A stretch of DNA of 64,000 nucleotides from Pocillopora damicornis (taxonomy: Eukaryota): positions 1 through 64,000 of the forward strand of contig NW_020843886.1 in assembly GCF_003704095.1 (NCBI RefSeq). The letters run 5' to 3'. The notes below the pieces were generated by a model. It did no database searches, had not been told where the DNA came from, and saw only the letters and a program-made list of their open reading frames with translations. Below are positions 12,349 through 23,600 of the stretch, piece by piece. The position numbers were made by a program, and so were the translations under genes. Positions within the stretch are counted from its first letter, which is position 1, and each line of letters starts with the position of its first letter.

Positions 12349-14053
12349 GGGAGTTGAAGTCGAACCATGAATGTCTGTCGTGCTTCATAGCAATATTCAA
12401 GCGAGGAGTTCTCTCTGGAAAAAATCGAAGCCATGTCGTCTATGTTATTCCGAGGGAAAAATTCGATTTGGTAAGATACCGAGCGTCTAGTTAGAAAAAA
12501 TTCAAGGTCTCCTCAAAACCTAAACGAAAAAGGTAACCCTTTTAACCCCCAAGATCTGATTGTCATGTCTCCCTTAGAGCTGCTATACATTTCCTTTCGA
12601 ATTAGTTCGGATAATTTGGTGTTAATTCAAGACAACAACTTCCACATCATACGTTTGAGTATTCTCGTAACCTTTTTGCTGGATGATGTACGGATATTAC
12701 GTGGAAAAGTTACATGTTAATCACTTCTGAGAGTTAAAGGAGTAACGTGAGGTACATTGCTTACTAAATCCAAACTCGCACAGTTGCTTCTCGACACCAC
12801 GACGCCTACAATAGAGTACACTTAATTACATAAATGGAAAATTAATAATACTGGTCAATAGAACCTCACAAGAGTTATCAGATCACAATTAAATATTGGG
12901 TTGAGAACTTGAAAAAAAATTTGATAACGAAAACATAAATTGACACCAACCTTTTGGTGGTTAATGCATTTCATATATGACAACACGTCTTTCGATTTCT
13001 CAGGTGTACGACAAAATCGCTCAAAATGAAGCAGCTGCTTATGAAGGAACTGAGATCGCTGTGATAGATGAGAAAGGATCCTTGTTCGCCTATCATCCTC
13101 AAATGGCAATCCAAAGTGAGGTAAAAATCATCTCTGAAATGGATTGTGGCGAATGTTTTGCCTTGGTCAGTCCTGCGGTAGGTAACACTTTTTCTCCTAA
13201 AAAAATTTTCGGTCTGAGTTATAATATTGCATTCTAATTTACTTTCTAGCATAAATTTGTTTGAATACTCTAGTTAGCAGTAAGTGCTTAACTCCGCATA
13301 GAGAGATGCAGGTTTATCCAGGGCCAGGGGTTGACAACCACAATACATTTAATAGTGGCTTACCCACTGTAATTAACCTGCTCAGTGTTGGGTTTGACTC
13401 TACCATAGAACCTACGGTTTACAACTCTTCTGAAAATAGGTCAGCTGGGCACCCTGTTTGCATTCTGCAATCCGTAAGTGCAAGTTTGGCTGAAAAATCT
13501 GTGAATCGATTCTTTTTTAATAGTCAACCACCATTGGCGTCCAACATCTACTTGCAAAAAGTGAGGAGAGGTTATTTCCTGGCGCTTGTGTCAAGCTGGT
13601 CACCACATATGTTGGAGAGCAAAACACTCTTCGTGAAGACAAAGTCAGGATGGCACTGCTTAGTGGAAAAGCGAGACTGGTCATTCTCATTCCTACCAAG
13701 GTATGGCTTTAGTACTAGTGATGTCTTAATAATAAAACTTCTGTGTTCGTATTGATTGAATCTCCCAAAAAAAAAAATGAAAATTTTTTTCTTCCTCAGT
13801 ACTGAAAACATTCATATAATTTCCTCTCTTCATTCTCAACCTCATTATTAAAAATTGCGAGTGCACTTACCATTCCAATTTGGCTTTACATAACAATATT
13901 TTATTTAATTGCTATTAACAACTGGTTATCAATTAATCAATTAATTGCTTTTATTCATGATCTTCTAATTAGTGTTTTCAGAGTTCCCTACTGACAGCAG
14001 TCTTGCGACTGGAGGCGTTACCTCTTAAGATAGTCAGTTGTTTCAAGTTGTAA
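12349..14053 (+). CDS. UPA-like adaptor B (3' exons; 5' exons probably near 10,600-10,900 and in the gap)
   Basis: Exons 12349-12470 (LSCFIAIFKRGVLSGKNRSHVVYVIPREK), 13004-13177 (VYDKIAQNE..EGTE..LVSPA), 13524-13700 (KSEERLFPGA..YVGE..LIP) and 13982-14053. Phases and motifs match adaptor A exons 3-6. Confidence 0.75.
12534..12746. mobile_element. Short MITE-like element with (T)AACCCTTTAAC...GTTAAAGGGTTAA-type ends (piggyBac-like termini)
   Basis: Inverted termini. Related copies occur near 28310-28510, 28911-29115, 51121-51320, 52082-52285, 52350-52546 and 54750-54940. Confidence 0.6.
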
Positions 14054-14858
14054 ATAACAAAAGAAACCAACATAAAGAACCCAATGATTTTCAGTCGGCA
14101 AAACGTTTTTTAGAATCTTAGAGAGAGCTTCTCTTCCTACAACACGTTGAAGTGCTAACTGCTGCTAGTAGTTGGATTATGACAATCCACGAGAGGTACT
14201 TCCTGGTTAACAATCATATGATTTTAACCTCCCACAATCGCGTGTAAAACCCAGAAAGCACTAATCAATAAAGGTAACTTTCTGTATTCTTAGGTTCATC
14301 ATACGCCAACCGATGGCCTTGAGAATCAAAACTATTCAGGTACAAAACTTAAAATTTAATTCACAAGTCCAGTTGGAATTTTTGTGATACAAGATTACCC
14401 TATGGAGCTTTACCTAGGTCTTAATTACAAGTCAAGTAAGGTTCTGGTGTTTTGACTTGCCAAATATCAAGCACTCAGGTCAGGGAACAGAATAGCTCAA
14501 TTGTTATGTNNNNNNNNNNNNNNNNNNNNNNNNNNNNNNNNNNNNNNNNNNNNNNNNNNNNNNNNNNNNNNNNNNNNNNNNNNNNNNNNNNNNNNNNNNN
14601 NNNNNNNNNNNNNNNNNNNNNNNNNNNNNNNNNNNNNNNNNNNNNNNNNNNNNNNNNNNNNNNNNNNNNNNNNNNNNNNNNNNNNNNNNNNNNNNNNNNN
14701 NNNNNNNNNNNNNNNNNNNNNNNNNNNNNNNNNNNNNNNNNNNNNNNNNNNNNNNNNNNNNNNNNAGAAAGAAAGAAAAATAGATGGCAGGATAGTTGTG
14801 TTTATTTAAAAGAAATTGTTCACTGATCCTTTTCATTTCCCATTTCAAAGTTACGGGT

Positions 14859-15167
14859 ATGCCAAAACTGGACCGAGACGCCCTTCAAAGCTGTCACGTA
14901 GATCTTATTGCCAATATTGGGGACTTTACATCGTTATGTGCCTATCTTTATCAATACAATATCTTGACGGCCGATGATAAGGCATTTCTGCGAAGTTTTC
15001 CACGTCCATCAGATGGCATCGATCACTTGCTAATGATGATACCCAGAAAAGGGAATATTTTAGACATTTTCATACGTATCTTGCAGCAATCACGAGAAAA
15101 TCAAGAAGCTGCCAAACGTTTAGTGTTGAAACGTCTACAGTTACACAGAAAGACAGAGAGTAAATGA
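14859..15167 (+). CDS. CARD-domain protein or exon (RAIDD/caspase-2-type CARD motif), 102 aa
   Basis: MPKLDRDALQSCHVDLIANI..LCAYLYQYNILTADDKAFL..DGIDHLLMMIPRKGNILDIFIRILQQS shows the six-helix CARD pattern with LL..IPRKG..F..L. A splice acceptor lies at 14850. Confidence 0.8.
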   Translation: MPKLDRDALQSCHVDLIANIGDFTSLCAYLYQYNILTADDKAFLRSFPRPSDGIDHLLMMIPRKGNILDIFIRILQQSRENQEAAKRLVLKRLQLHRKTESK

Positions 15168-15687
15168 CTTAATGTGTGATTGAATACATTTTAAAAATTG
15201 GTTGTTCACTACTCGACACAATGTTTCATTACAACTAGTTTTTCACAGGAAACAACACTCTGTCGTTATACACATTAATAACCAAGCAAGAACTCCTGCT
15301 TTGTACACATTGCTTAAACTTTATTAGCTTAAGATGTACAACCTCTGATATCCTCTATTCAGGACTTCAAACGCCTTATCCTGAACACTTTTTAAGATAA
15401 ACTACTACTAACGAAGTAATATGAATTAAAATACCTGGCAAAGAGTTTCATCTAGGGGTGAGAGAATTTCAGATGTTAAGATCCCTTAACGTACCAAATT
15501 ATCTGTGAACTTTTTACTTACCTTTTTGAAAATTTTTGTGAAATATGTCAGCGAGATTCGATCTCTATCTTAGTTTTTTGTCTGACTCAATCGATTAAAT
15601 TAAAACAAAAGGAAATATACACAGTATAATGCCTCTAGTCTATGGACGCTGAAGTTCACTCAATGGAACCTCATCTCTGATGATTAT

Positions 15688-15796
15688 CAGGTTGAGTTCA
15701 GGTTGAGTTCAGGTTGAGTTCAGGTTGAGTTCAGGTTGAGTTCAGGTTGAGTTCAGGTTGAGTTCAGGTTGAGTTCAGGTTGAGTTCAGGTTGAGT
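15688..15796. repeat. 11-bp minisatellite (CAGGTTGAGTT) x about 10
   Basis: Directly visible; overlaps the candidate stop codon of receptor C. Confidence 0.95.
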
Positions 15797-18700
15797 ATAA
15801 AGCTGGCAACTGAATGATGCAGTCAGAAATTTCTTTCTCTTTTCCCTTTCCACTCTTTACAACAGTGATATCTGCGATACTTGTGACTTGGTTTCCTTAT
15901 GAAGGAAGAAAGTAATAGTTGTGATTACTGGGAAGAAAACATCAGTTCCCCTACAGGAACAAAGTTCCTTGCATTTTCAAGTAGTTTTTTACTTCAAAAG
16001 AATAATAACTGACAACTTTACGACTCAATCCAGCTATACTGACCTTCATCCATTTGAAGGCTACTAAAACCTAACACCTCTCAGTAAGTGTAAACAACTC
16101 ACCATTCATGGCATTTGCAATCGAGCTCTGATTCATACACCAGCTTGGATCCTACAATGAAACAAATGGAAAATTAGAACTCTTTCAGTTGTCATATCTC
16201 TCAATCCAAAAAAATCAGAAAAACCCTGTGTTGGCAGTAACTGTACTGCTGGTAAACTCTCATTGGTGTTGTGGATTAAATTTCACAACTTTCATTGACC
16301 CATTCATATCTTCAAATTATTAGTTTCTGGTTCTAAACACAAATATGACCCCAAGCAAGAAGAAGACTAACTATAGGTGATCAAATCCTCATTAAAATAG
16401 ACTACAACAGAGGCCATTGTGTCTCCTGCAGATTAATTCAGTGAAATTTAAAATAAATTTATATTTTGTGCTATAAAATGTGCTACGTAAAATGTACCTC
16501 CTTAATAGCAGTGCTTGCATACATCAAAGTTTGATTGGATGCCTGAGTCAAAATAATAGTAGCAAAGAAGCTGCTTTTCTTTTTAGATGCTGAGCTAAAT
16601 ACCAGATTGCATCTCGGAGTTGTACTGAAAGAGTTCTTCAGTGATGCATAGCTGATTTTCTAAAAAAAAAAGAGAACAAAATGCAAATGTCTTCAAAATC
16701 ATCAAGAGATAGCAAAACTTTTAGGGATCTGAAAAGAAAGTTAATTATCAAGTTCACAATTTTAAGATCTTCAGTGAAGCTTGAAAGTTTCCATTTTTCT
16801 CAGAATCTTGCTCTGTTGTTGCACGACACTCAAACAATGACTGCAAAATACCATTTGGTGACCACTCTTTAGCTTCCAGCCATCAATATCCTTCACACCA
16901 ATTTCTACATCCTCTTCATGAATTACAGAAAAATCAAGAGATTCAACTGATGACATGGGCTTTCCTCCTTCCTTTTTCTCCTCCCTCATAACATTCTGTG
17001 GAGCAAAGGTCACACAATTTTGTTAAAATTCATTACTTACAGAAATAGATCTAACAAAATTATATAACATAAGTAACCATGATTGGAAGTTGGGATTCTT
17101 TATGAACTAGACTGGCACAATTTAAAAATCAAATTACATATACTTGTAAATACCTTAAGAATCCTAGTTAAGACTTCAATTATGTACAAAAACAGATTGC
17201 CACAGCTGGGTAAGATGTCACAAGGTTTGAAACACCTGTCCTCTTACTGAACAATTGAAAAAAAATTTATATATGAAAGAGATCTTTTGGTCTCTTCGAT
17301 GCTGAAACGCAGGGAGAAATTCAATGCCCTTACTATTGTCAATTCAGTCCTATCTAAGGAGAAAATCTGTTTTTTATCCTCAAAAGCTTACCTCAAATGA
17401 CCACTCGCAGTCATCAAAGCAGTACAATCTCACAACAAGGTCTTCTCCAACTCTGGTGTCATTACAAAATGCCATGACCTTCATTCTCTTGAATACTGGT
17501 AAAGATTGCTCTTCACAGTGTCCAACCACTGCAAATGTTGCAAAATAATGTGTTTTAAAGCTAACATGGTTGTTTTTGGGGAGGAATTCTTTTATTCCAC
17601 ATGACTTACTACCCTTCACATAACTTACTACCCATTCATCATTTTTCAACTCCTTCAAAATGATTTTCCACTTATTTGGAGAAAGCACCATGTTTGCACC
17701 ATGAGGTATCTGAAGCTCAAGGGGTTCCAGCAACTGGTTCTTTGAAATAAAAATAAATGCTGGACTTAGTGGAAATTCATCATCCTCAAGAAATCCAGGT
17801 AAATCCAGCCCTTCTGGTGTGGCATGCAGTACCAAATCACGTGGCAAGTGTTGAAGAGTAGACCTGTTGTTATCAAGAGAAACAACCTCAACTCCTGTCT
17901 TTTCAAATACCATATGACCTGGGCTATGTTGTTTTGGACACTCCAACTCTGCCTCCTTACTACCTACGAAATAAAATATGCATATGCAAAAATACGCATA
18001 AAATTTGTATATCGTAAACACAAGGTAGCTTTTTCAGAAAAACAGTATGGGAAGACTCCATTTTCTAGTCCTTTCTACAAAACAAATAAAAAATAGAAAA
18101 CAAAAACAAATAAACAAACAAAAAGTGAAAAGAAGTGAGGTACTCTGTTTTTGTTTAAAACGCTAGGTGTAGTACTCTATACACAAGAGTTTTAAGCCTA
18201 TAGGCACTGAAAACATAAAGCAATGAATACCAATTAGAGATAATAAATGAATGCTTAACTTACCTGCAAGTGAAGAAGTTTTTCTAATTTCAGCACAGTC
18301 CTTCTTTTCCATTAGCTCACAATTGTTTTCTTCATTTGGAAATGGATACTGATAGTTGCCCTCCGATAATGGTACTGAAATGGCAACCCAAATCAGAAAG
18401 AAACATATGCTCAATACAATCAATGTTGTCACCTTGTCAAGTTCGATTGAGTTCACTTTATAGTTTTCTTGTTCTACAGTTTGCAGCTGCCCAAACTGTT
18501 CATTTAAGCCCAAAGATGGAATACGAGGCTTAATAGCGAGCCCCTGAGAGTTCTCTGAAGACGCCATTCCTTCCTTTATACAGTTCACGATACTTTGACT
18601 GTCGCTAAAACCACAACACCAGAAGCACTGTTCACAAGCTTTTGAGTGGTCGTTCAGATAAAACCCTGGCATGCACTCACCACAAATGGTATTTGATTTG

Positions 18701-20225
18701 GTGGAACAGTTGGCTAAAACCTTCTGACCAATCGAACAAATTTTGCAAGACTGTAGAACACCCTGCTGATCGACGAAGGTTTCTCCTAAGATCGGAAGTT
18801 CACACTTAGGTATCGCACCATCAGTTACAACACTTCCACATGGTTTGGTGAGGCCAAATTCGTCTGAACAAACAGGACAGGGTAAACAGATCTGTTTGCC
18901 ATCATGCTTTACAATTGTGATCTCATCATACCAACACTTTGCTAAACAGGGTTTTCTCTTGTGGTAGCTGCACGATTGTGTTCGAGGCATCCCTTGCATG
19001 AGACATTGTGGGACAACTACGTCCAAATCACCCAAACAACATCCTGAGCAAGGGAGACATTTGGACAAAGTTTGGTTCTGGTAATACCCATCTGGGCATG
19101 GCTTGCAACTACATTGAGTGTTTGAGATTTTAGTGCATCGCTTTATAGTTACTTCATCTGGACTACAGGTTGAACAGGGTTTACAACTCTCAGACGAGTA
19201 GGAATCAGAGTAGTAGTCCGAGGCACACTCCTCACACTCAACTTGGGTGCCGATGGTCCTCCTAGTTCCGCAAGGGATTGTAACCTCAGATCCTGGGGGG
19301 CATTTGATGCAATCTGTACAAGCGATATTACCATCTGGTAGTTCTACTGCATGTTGGTCTTCTCTGCAAACCTGAGCTGCATTGGCTTGATTGACCTATT
19401 GAGGAACACAAATTGGATCAAACAAAGGTTTCTCTAAGCTTAAATTTCATTTGATGTAACTTTTTTGTTTTTTGATATTCGCATTGCAGTTTCTTTTCGC
19501 TTGGAAGCATGTTAACAACATGAGTAACTATTGCATCCGTAGCCTGCAGAGCAGGCGTCTCACTAGTGTGAGCTAATGTTGTAAGCTCGCGATCGTTTAT
19601 CCGACCGGTTGTGTTTGACTTGGAGTTAGAGTTTCACTCCCCCACCCCCACCCCTCTCCGTATTTTTGACCGTCGACCGCCCCCTTAGTACAAATTTATT
19701 TCTCTCCCCAGCCTTCCGCTGCCATCAAAGATGGCGGCCATAATTTTCGTTAAGAAATTACTGAGCACTCTCTCGCCAAAATTACGCCTGATCTGCAGGC
19801 TATTACATCAGTGAAACACACCAAAGAATACGGTCATGAAAAGTTCATAGCCTCCAGTGCAGGTGTAATTTTGGCGAGTGAGTGCTCATCCGGATAGACG
19901 ATATATGTAACGTTAACTCGCCCGCACTAAAAGTACACATGGCTAGTGCATCTTGAAAACTTCAGCCTCAGTCTTAACCGAATTGGTACCGATCAAATTT
20001 GACGTCCTCTTGCCATTCAAGGCAACTTCTTTTTCTTTTGGGCCCCTCACACCTAAAATAAGCACGATAAACAATACATAACTAACCCATCTTAACTGTC
20101 TGTTTAGATCAAGAGGTTTTCACTTCCGCTGAACATCTCACCGTTGCAAGACATGAAATGATACAAGACAATAACCTTACCAAGACGCAGAAGAAAACAT
20201 AGTGCCTAAGTTGACAAATTTCCAT
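15786..20225 (-). CDS. TNFR-superfamily receptor C: signal peptide, two tandem EDAR-like CRD modules, TM, cytoplasmic ZU5 + UPA, no death domain
   Basis: Exons 20225-20181, 19395-18264 (open frame checked), 17963-17392 (ZU5: TGVEVV..PLSPAF..PLELQIPHGA..W; UPA start KRMKVMAF..LVVRLYCFDDCEWSFE), 16995-16852 (NVMREEKKEGGK), 16659-16498 and 16151-16081. An alternative terminal exon is possible at 15895-15786. Confidence 0.88.
19540..19802. mobile_element. MITE with TAGCCTGCAGA..CAGGCGT terminal inverted repeats in intron 1 of receptor C
   Basis: Left TAGCCTGCAGAGCAGGCGT, right ACGCCTGATCTGCAGGCTA; flanks TTGCATCCG and TTACATCAG resemble a degenerate TSD. Confidence 0.7.
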
Positions 20226-20646
20226 TTCTTTGACCTCAACGGCTACCTTGATTTTACAAATGCAGAAAATCAGTTGATTAGAAGAGACGCTGTTGACCCT
20301 CTACCAGTAACAAATATATCGACCAAAACCTACAAAAGTGGATATTTGTTTAAACGCCACTGGATGAATATGTTTCGACTGATTGCTAGGTCTCCCTTAT
20401 AAGATGGAAGGAGTTGAACCACTGAAAATTTGTTCTTCTTTGAGGAAGTCAGAATTTTGATTATACTATCCTTTCGTTTTCGAGGGGGTTTCCCCGACCT
20501 TTGTTTCATTCAGCCAATAAGGGAAAGGAAACGACACTTAGCCAATGAAAGGGGGCTTATATAAATAATACAAATTAAGCCTGCTTTCAGTTCCCCTTTT
20601 TCTAGGAACTGACTAGTTGAAGCAAGAAAAAACGAAAGTGCTGAAA
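20226..20646. promoter_or_regulatory. Bidirectional promoter C with NF-kB, IRF, CCAAT and TATA motifs
   Basis: CTTTCGTTTTC 20471-20481 lies next to GGGGTTTCCCC 20485-20495; two CCAAT boxes (near 20514 and 20542); TATATAAA near 20558. Confidence 0.65.
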
Positions 20647-23600
20647 ATGGATTCAGAGGACAGACAAAGCGAGGTAACAAAGGTCCAGTGATGTTAATAT
20701 CGGTTAAACTTTGTTTATGAAGTTTCATTTTCAGTTAAGATCAATTAAGAACCACTGAACTGCGTACTCATAAATAGGAGGAATGAAGCATTTGAAGGAC
20801 ACTTTCACTTCGAAACACTTCTGCACGGAAACTGACTCTAATCTCCCCTTGTTCAACACCTCTCATCCACCCCTTCTAACATAAAAGCCAGTTCATTCTC
20901 CTATCTGTACTATGACCCAGATTGTTCTGTCGTTATAGCCACTGCCTTGAATAAATCAGAGAATGCGGCATATATTTACACGCAGTGGTAAGACTGAGAG
21001 CATAAATGCAATCAAACTGACTTTCATTACAAAAAAAAAAAGAGGAAAAAGTGATTCAAAGTGCTTATTCTCTGACTTAGAGCAACGATGGAGCAAGGAA
21101 TGAAAGAGATGACGACCTTGACGATAGGAGCGAAGTTGTTCAAGATGAAATAACGCCAGACATCGGCGATTCTCCACAACCAGGCGCATCCAGTTTCAGT
21201 CCAACAGAATTTTGTGTCTGCCCTGGAGAAACAACCCTTTTACTTGATATAAATGAAGCCATCTGCCCCCTTTGTGGGAAACTCATCGACAAAACTGTAA
21301 AAGAAGCTACGACTTCAGCGGCTGATGAATCGGGCGCATCAGCAAATGGCCATGTTGACGCATTAATTTCAACTCTGGTACAAGGACTAGTCATTGTTCC
21401 ACCCGAAGCATCTCTCGAAGATGAAATTTTTGCTTCAACACAAGAAAACTGGAGTGTAGACACAGATCTTCCATGTGAGGAGGGACAAGGTGGAATCAAA
21501 ATTCCCGTTGAAAGTAAGTAACACAACACGCGTTGTGAGCCATTATTCACTTGATTTATTACTTTCTCGAAGAAATAAAGAATGCTATTTGCGTAACATT
21601 TCCGAGATTCAAAACACCATTAAACAAAATTAAAAGACTCCGAATACTATTCAATACACTACAATGGACACAAATCATCTACCTACTTTGCTAGCATTAC
21701 TATATGGCTAATCTAATAAAGATGTGAAAGTATAATAGCCTCTAATGCATTTATGGCGTAGTCACCTCCAGAAGCTAATAAGTCTAAACATTTACTGATG
21801 ATTAACTCGCAATTGAGAGTAAACGTCCTTAGAGTGGAGAGTAAAGTTTAAGATGGAAATAATAGCTGTATAGATAACTACAAAATAAAATTTATTTAAT
21901 AGTTCTCTATACTATTTGTGCCAAAAAAATGCCCCTCTAAATCTTGTTTTTTTGTTTGTATTTCACAAGTCAAATTTGACTTAAATCATACTCAGTAGCC
22001 TGAATAAAACACAGCTTAAACTTCCTAAGTAATCGTATAAATTCACACGAGCAGAATTAACACTCTTTTAAAATAGAAGAAAAGCAGTATCCCCGATGTA
22101 CAGTTTAACATCCAAACATCTACAGCTGCAAAGCCCTAATTCCACTTTGAGAAGGTAATAGCAGATGCTTAAGGGGGTTAAGTTGGTTGGTTGAATCAGG
22201 GAAATGCTTCAGCCTCCTCTTGCCTCCGAAATTATACTTAGTTTTTATGCAAGTTTTCAAACTTTTTTGGATTGATCCACACAAAGATCTAAAGAAAAGC
22301 TCCAAAACAGGAGAAATCTATACCAGCTTAATTGATATATCAAAACAACAACATAAACAACAATAATTCACAACACATTAAGACATTGTGTGACAATGCT
22401 GTGAGAGCTTAATAAGGAATTATGAAAACTTTTTGCTTCTATTGTCGTTGTTGATAAACTTGTTATTGAGTTACTTTAGTTCCGAAATAGAGAACGATGC
22501 TATCAATTATCACCTGTAAGATGCGACATTACAATTGTCAAGACCATTTCCTTATGATTGACAAATGTAGTCATGTACCTGTTGTATATAATGTAATCGC
22601 TTAATTGTTCTTTTAGGCATCTCACACCCATCAGTCCAAGTGCCATGTCCACCTCTCCTTCTGAAGTTCTTTGTGCTGAAACAAGATCATATAGATGTTA
22701 ATGAAATGTTATTTTCATTACATTTCATCGAATATTCAGAACAGGTATAGAAAACTGTTAATAAGACACTAACATAGTATAATTGGGCAAAGCCAAAAAA
22801 AATATCTCCATTGCAATCCCAGTGGACTCAAGGAGTCAGTCATCAGAGCCAGTAATTTTTGCTGCCAACTTCTTTAAATGTGAAGCTCACTGAATTATTG
22901 CCCTATAAGGTCAGCCCTCTTAACCCTTACCAGTAAATATGCTGCCAGGTTGATACCATCACTGCATTGTTGAATTTTCTGCCCGTCATTATTAACACTT
23001 GAAACCAATAATTATTTGATGAATGGAGAGATATTGTACTAACCATCAGCTCAATAACCTTACATATTTGACAAATTCTACCAGGAAATGCTCATTCTTT
23101 GATTTGAACTACATGTACTAAATCAACTTCAATGATTTTTCCCCTTTGCTTAGGGGAGGGTAACTTCATCAGTAAGACAGTTGGAGCAACACCTGGGAAT
23201 GAGATTTCAGGTTGTCCCACTTGGCAAGGAACATTCTACCCAAGCAGAGAGTAAGCATCTCCACACCATCAATGTAGACCAACAAATTACAGTTACGTTT
23301 CAATTGCTGGGACAATGTGAAAGAAAATTCTTACTGCATGGGGACACTTTTGAGGTAAAGCAACTATAGTAAAATATTCCATAAGAAAATGTTATGAGCA
23401 GGAAAAAGGACCACTCATTAAGTTGGGTGGTATCTTGATTTTAGGGATCTTGCAAACACTAGAAAAAGGGAAGTAAGTGAATAAAATATTACTGACAAGG
23501 GAAGGGGGCGGTTACCTTGGTTGGCTTAACACATATGAATCATTAATCTAGGATTTTATATACACTTTTTTGGTATATTCAAAATAATCTGTAAAACTAT

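Noticed and set aside
9764-14848. ORFs containing X runs (also 38467-38726)
   Set aside because: Artefacts of N gaps; the gap at 38532-38631 must be much longer than 100 bp because it hides the cassette D promoter.
15688-15796. CRISPR-like or telomere-like array
   Set aside because: Identical 11-bp units with no spacers in a eukaryotic context, so it is a minisatellite; it is not TTAGGG.
18329-18340. TRAF-binding motif PNEE in receptor C (also PCEE and TTEE in the adaptors)
   Set aside because: A four-residue motif is expected by chance, and it is not conserved in receptor D.
21140-21550. 136-aa minus-strand ORF
   Set aside because: Antisense shadow of adaptor C exon 2.
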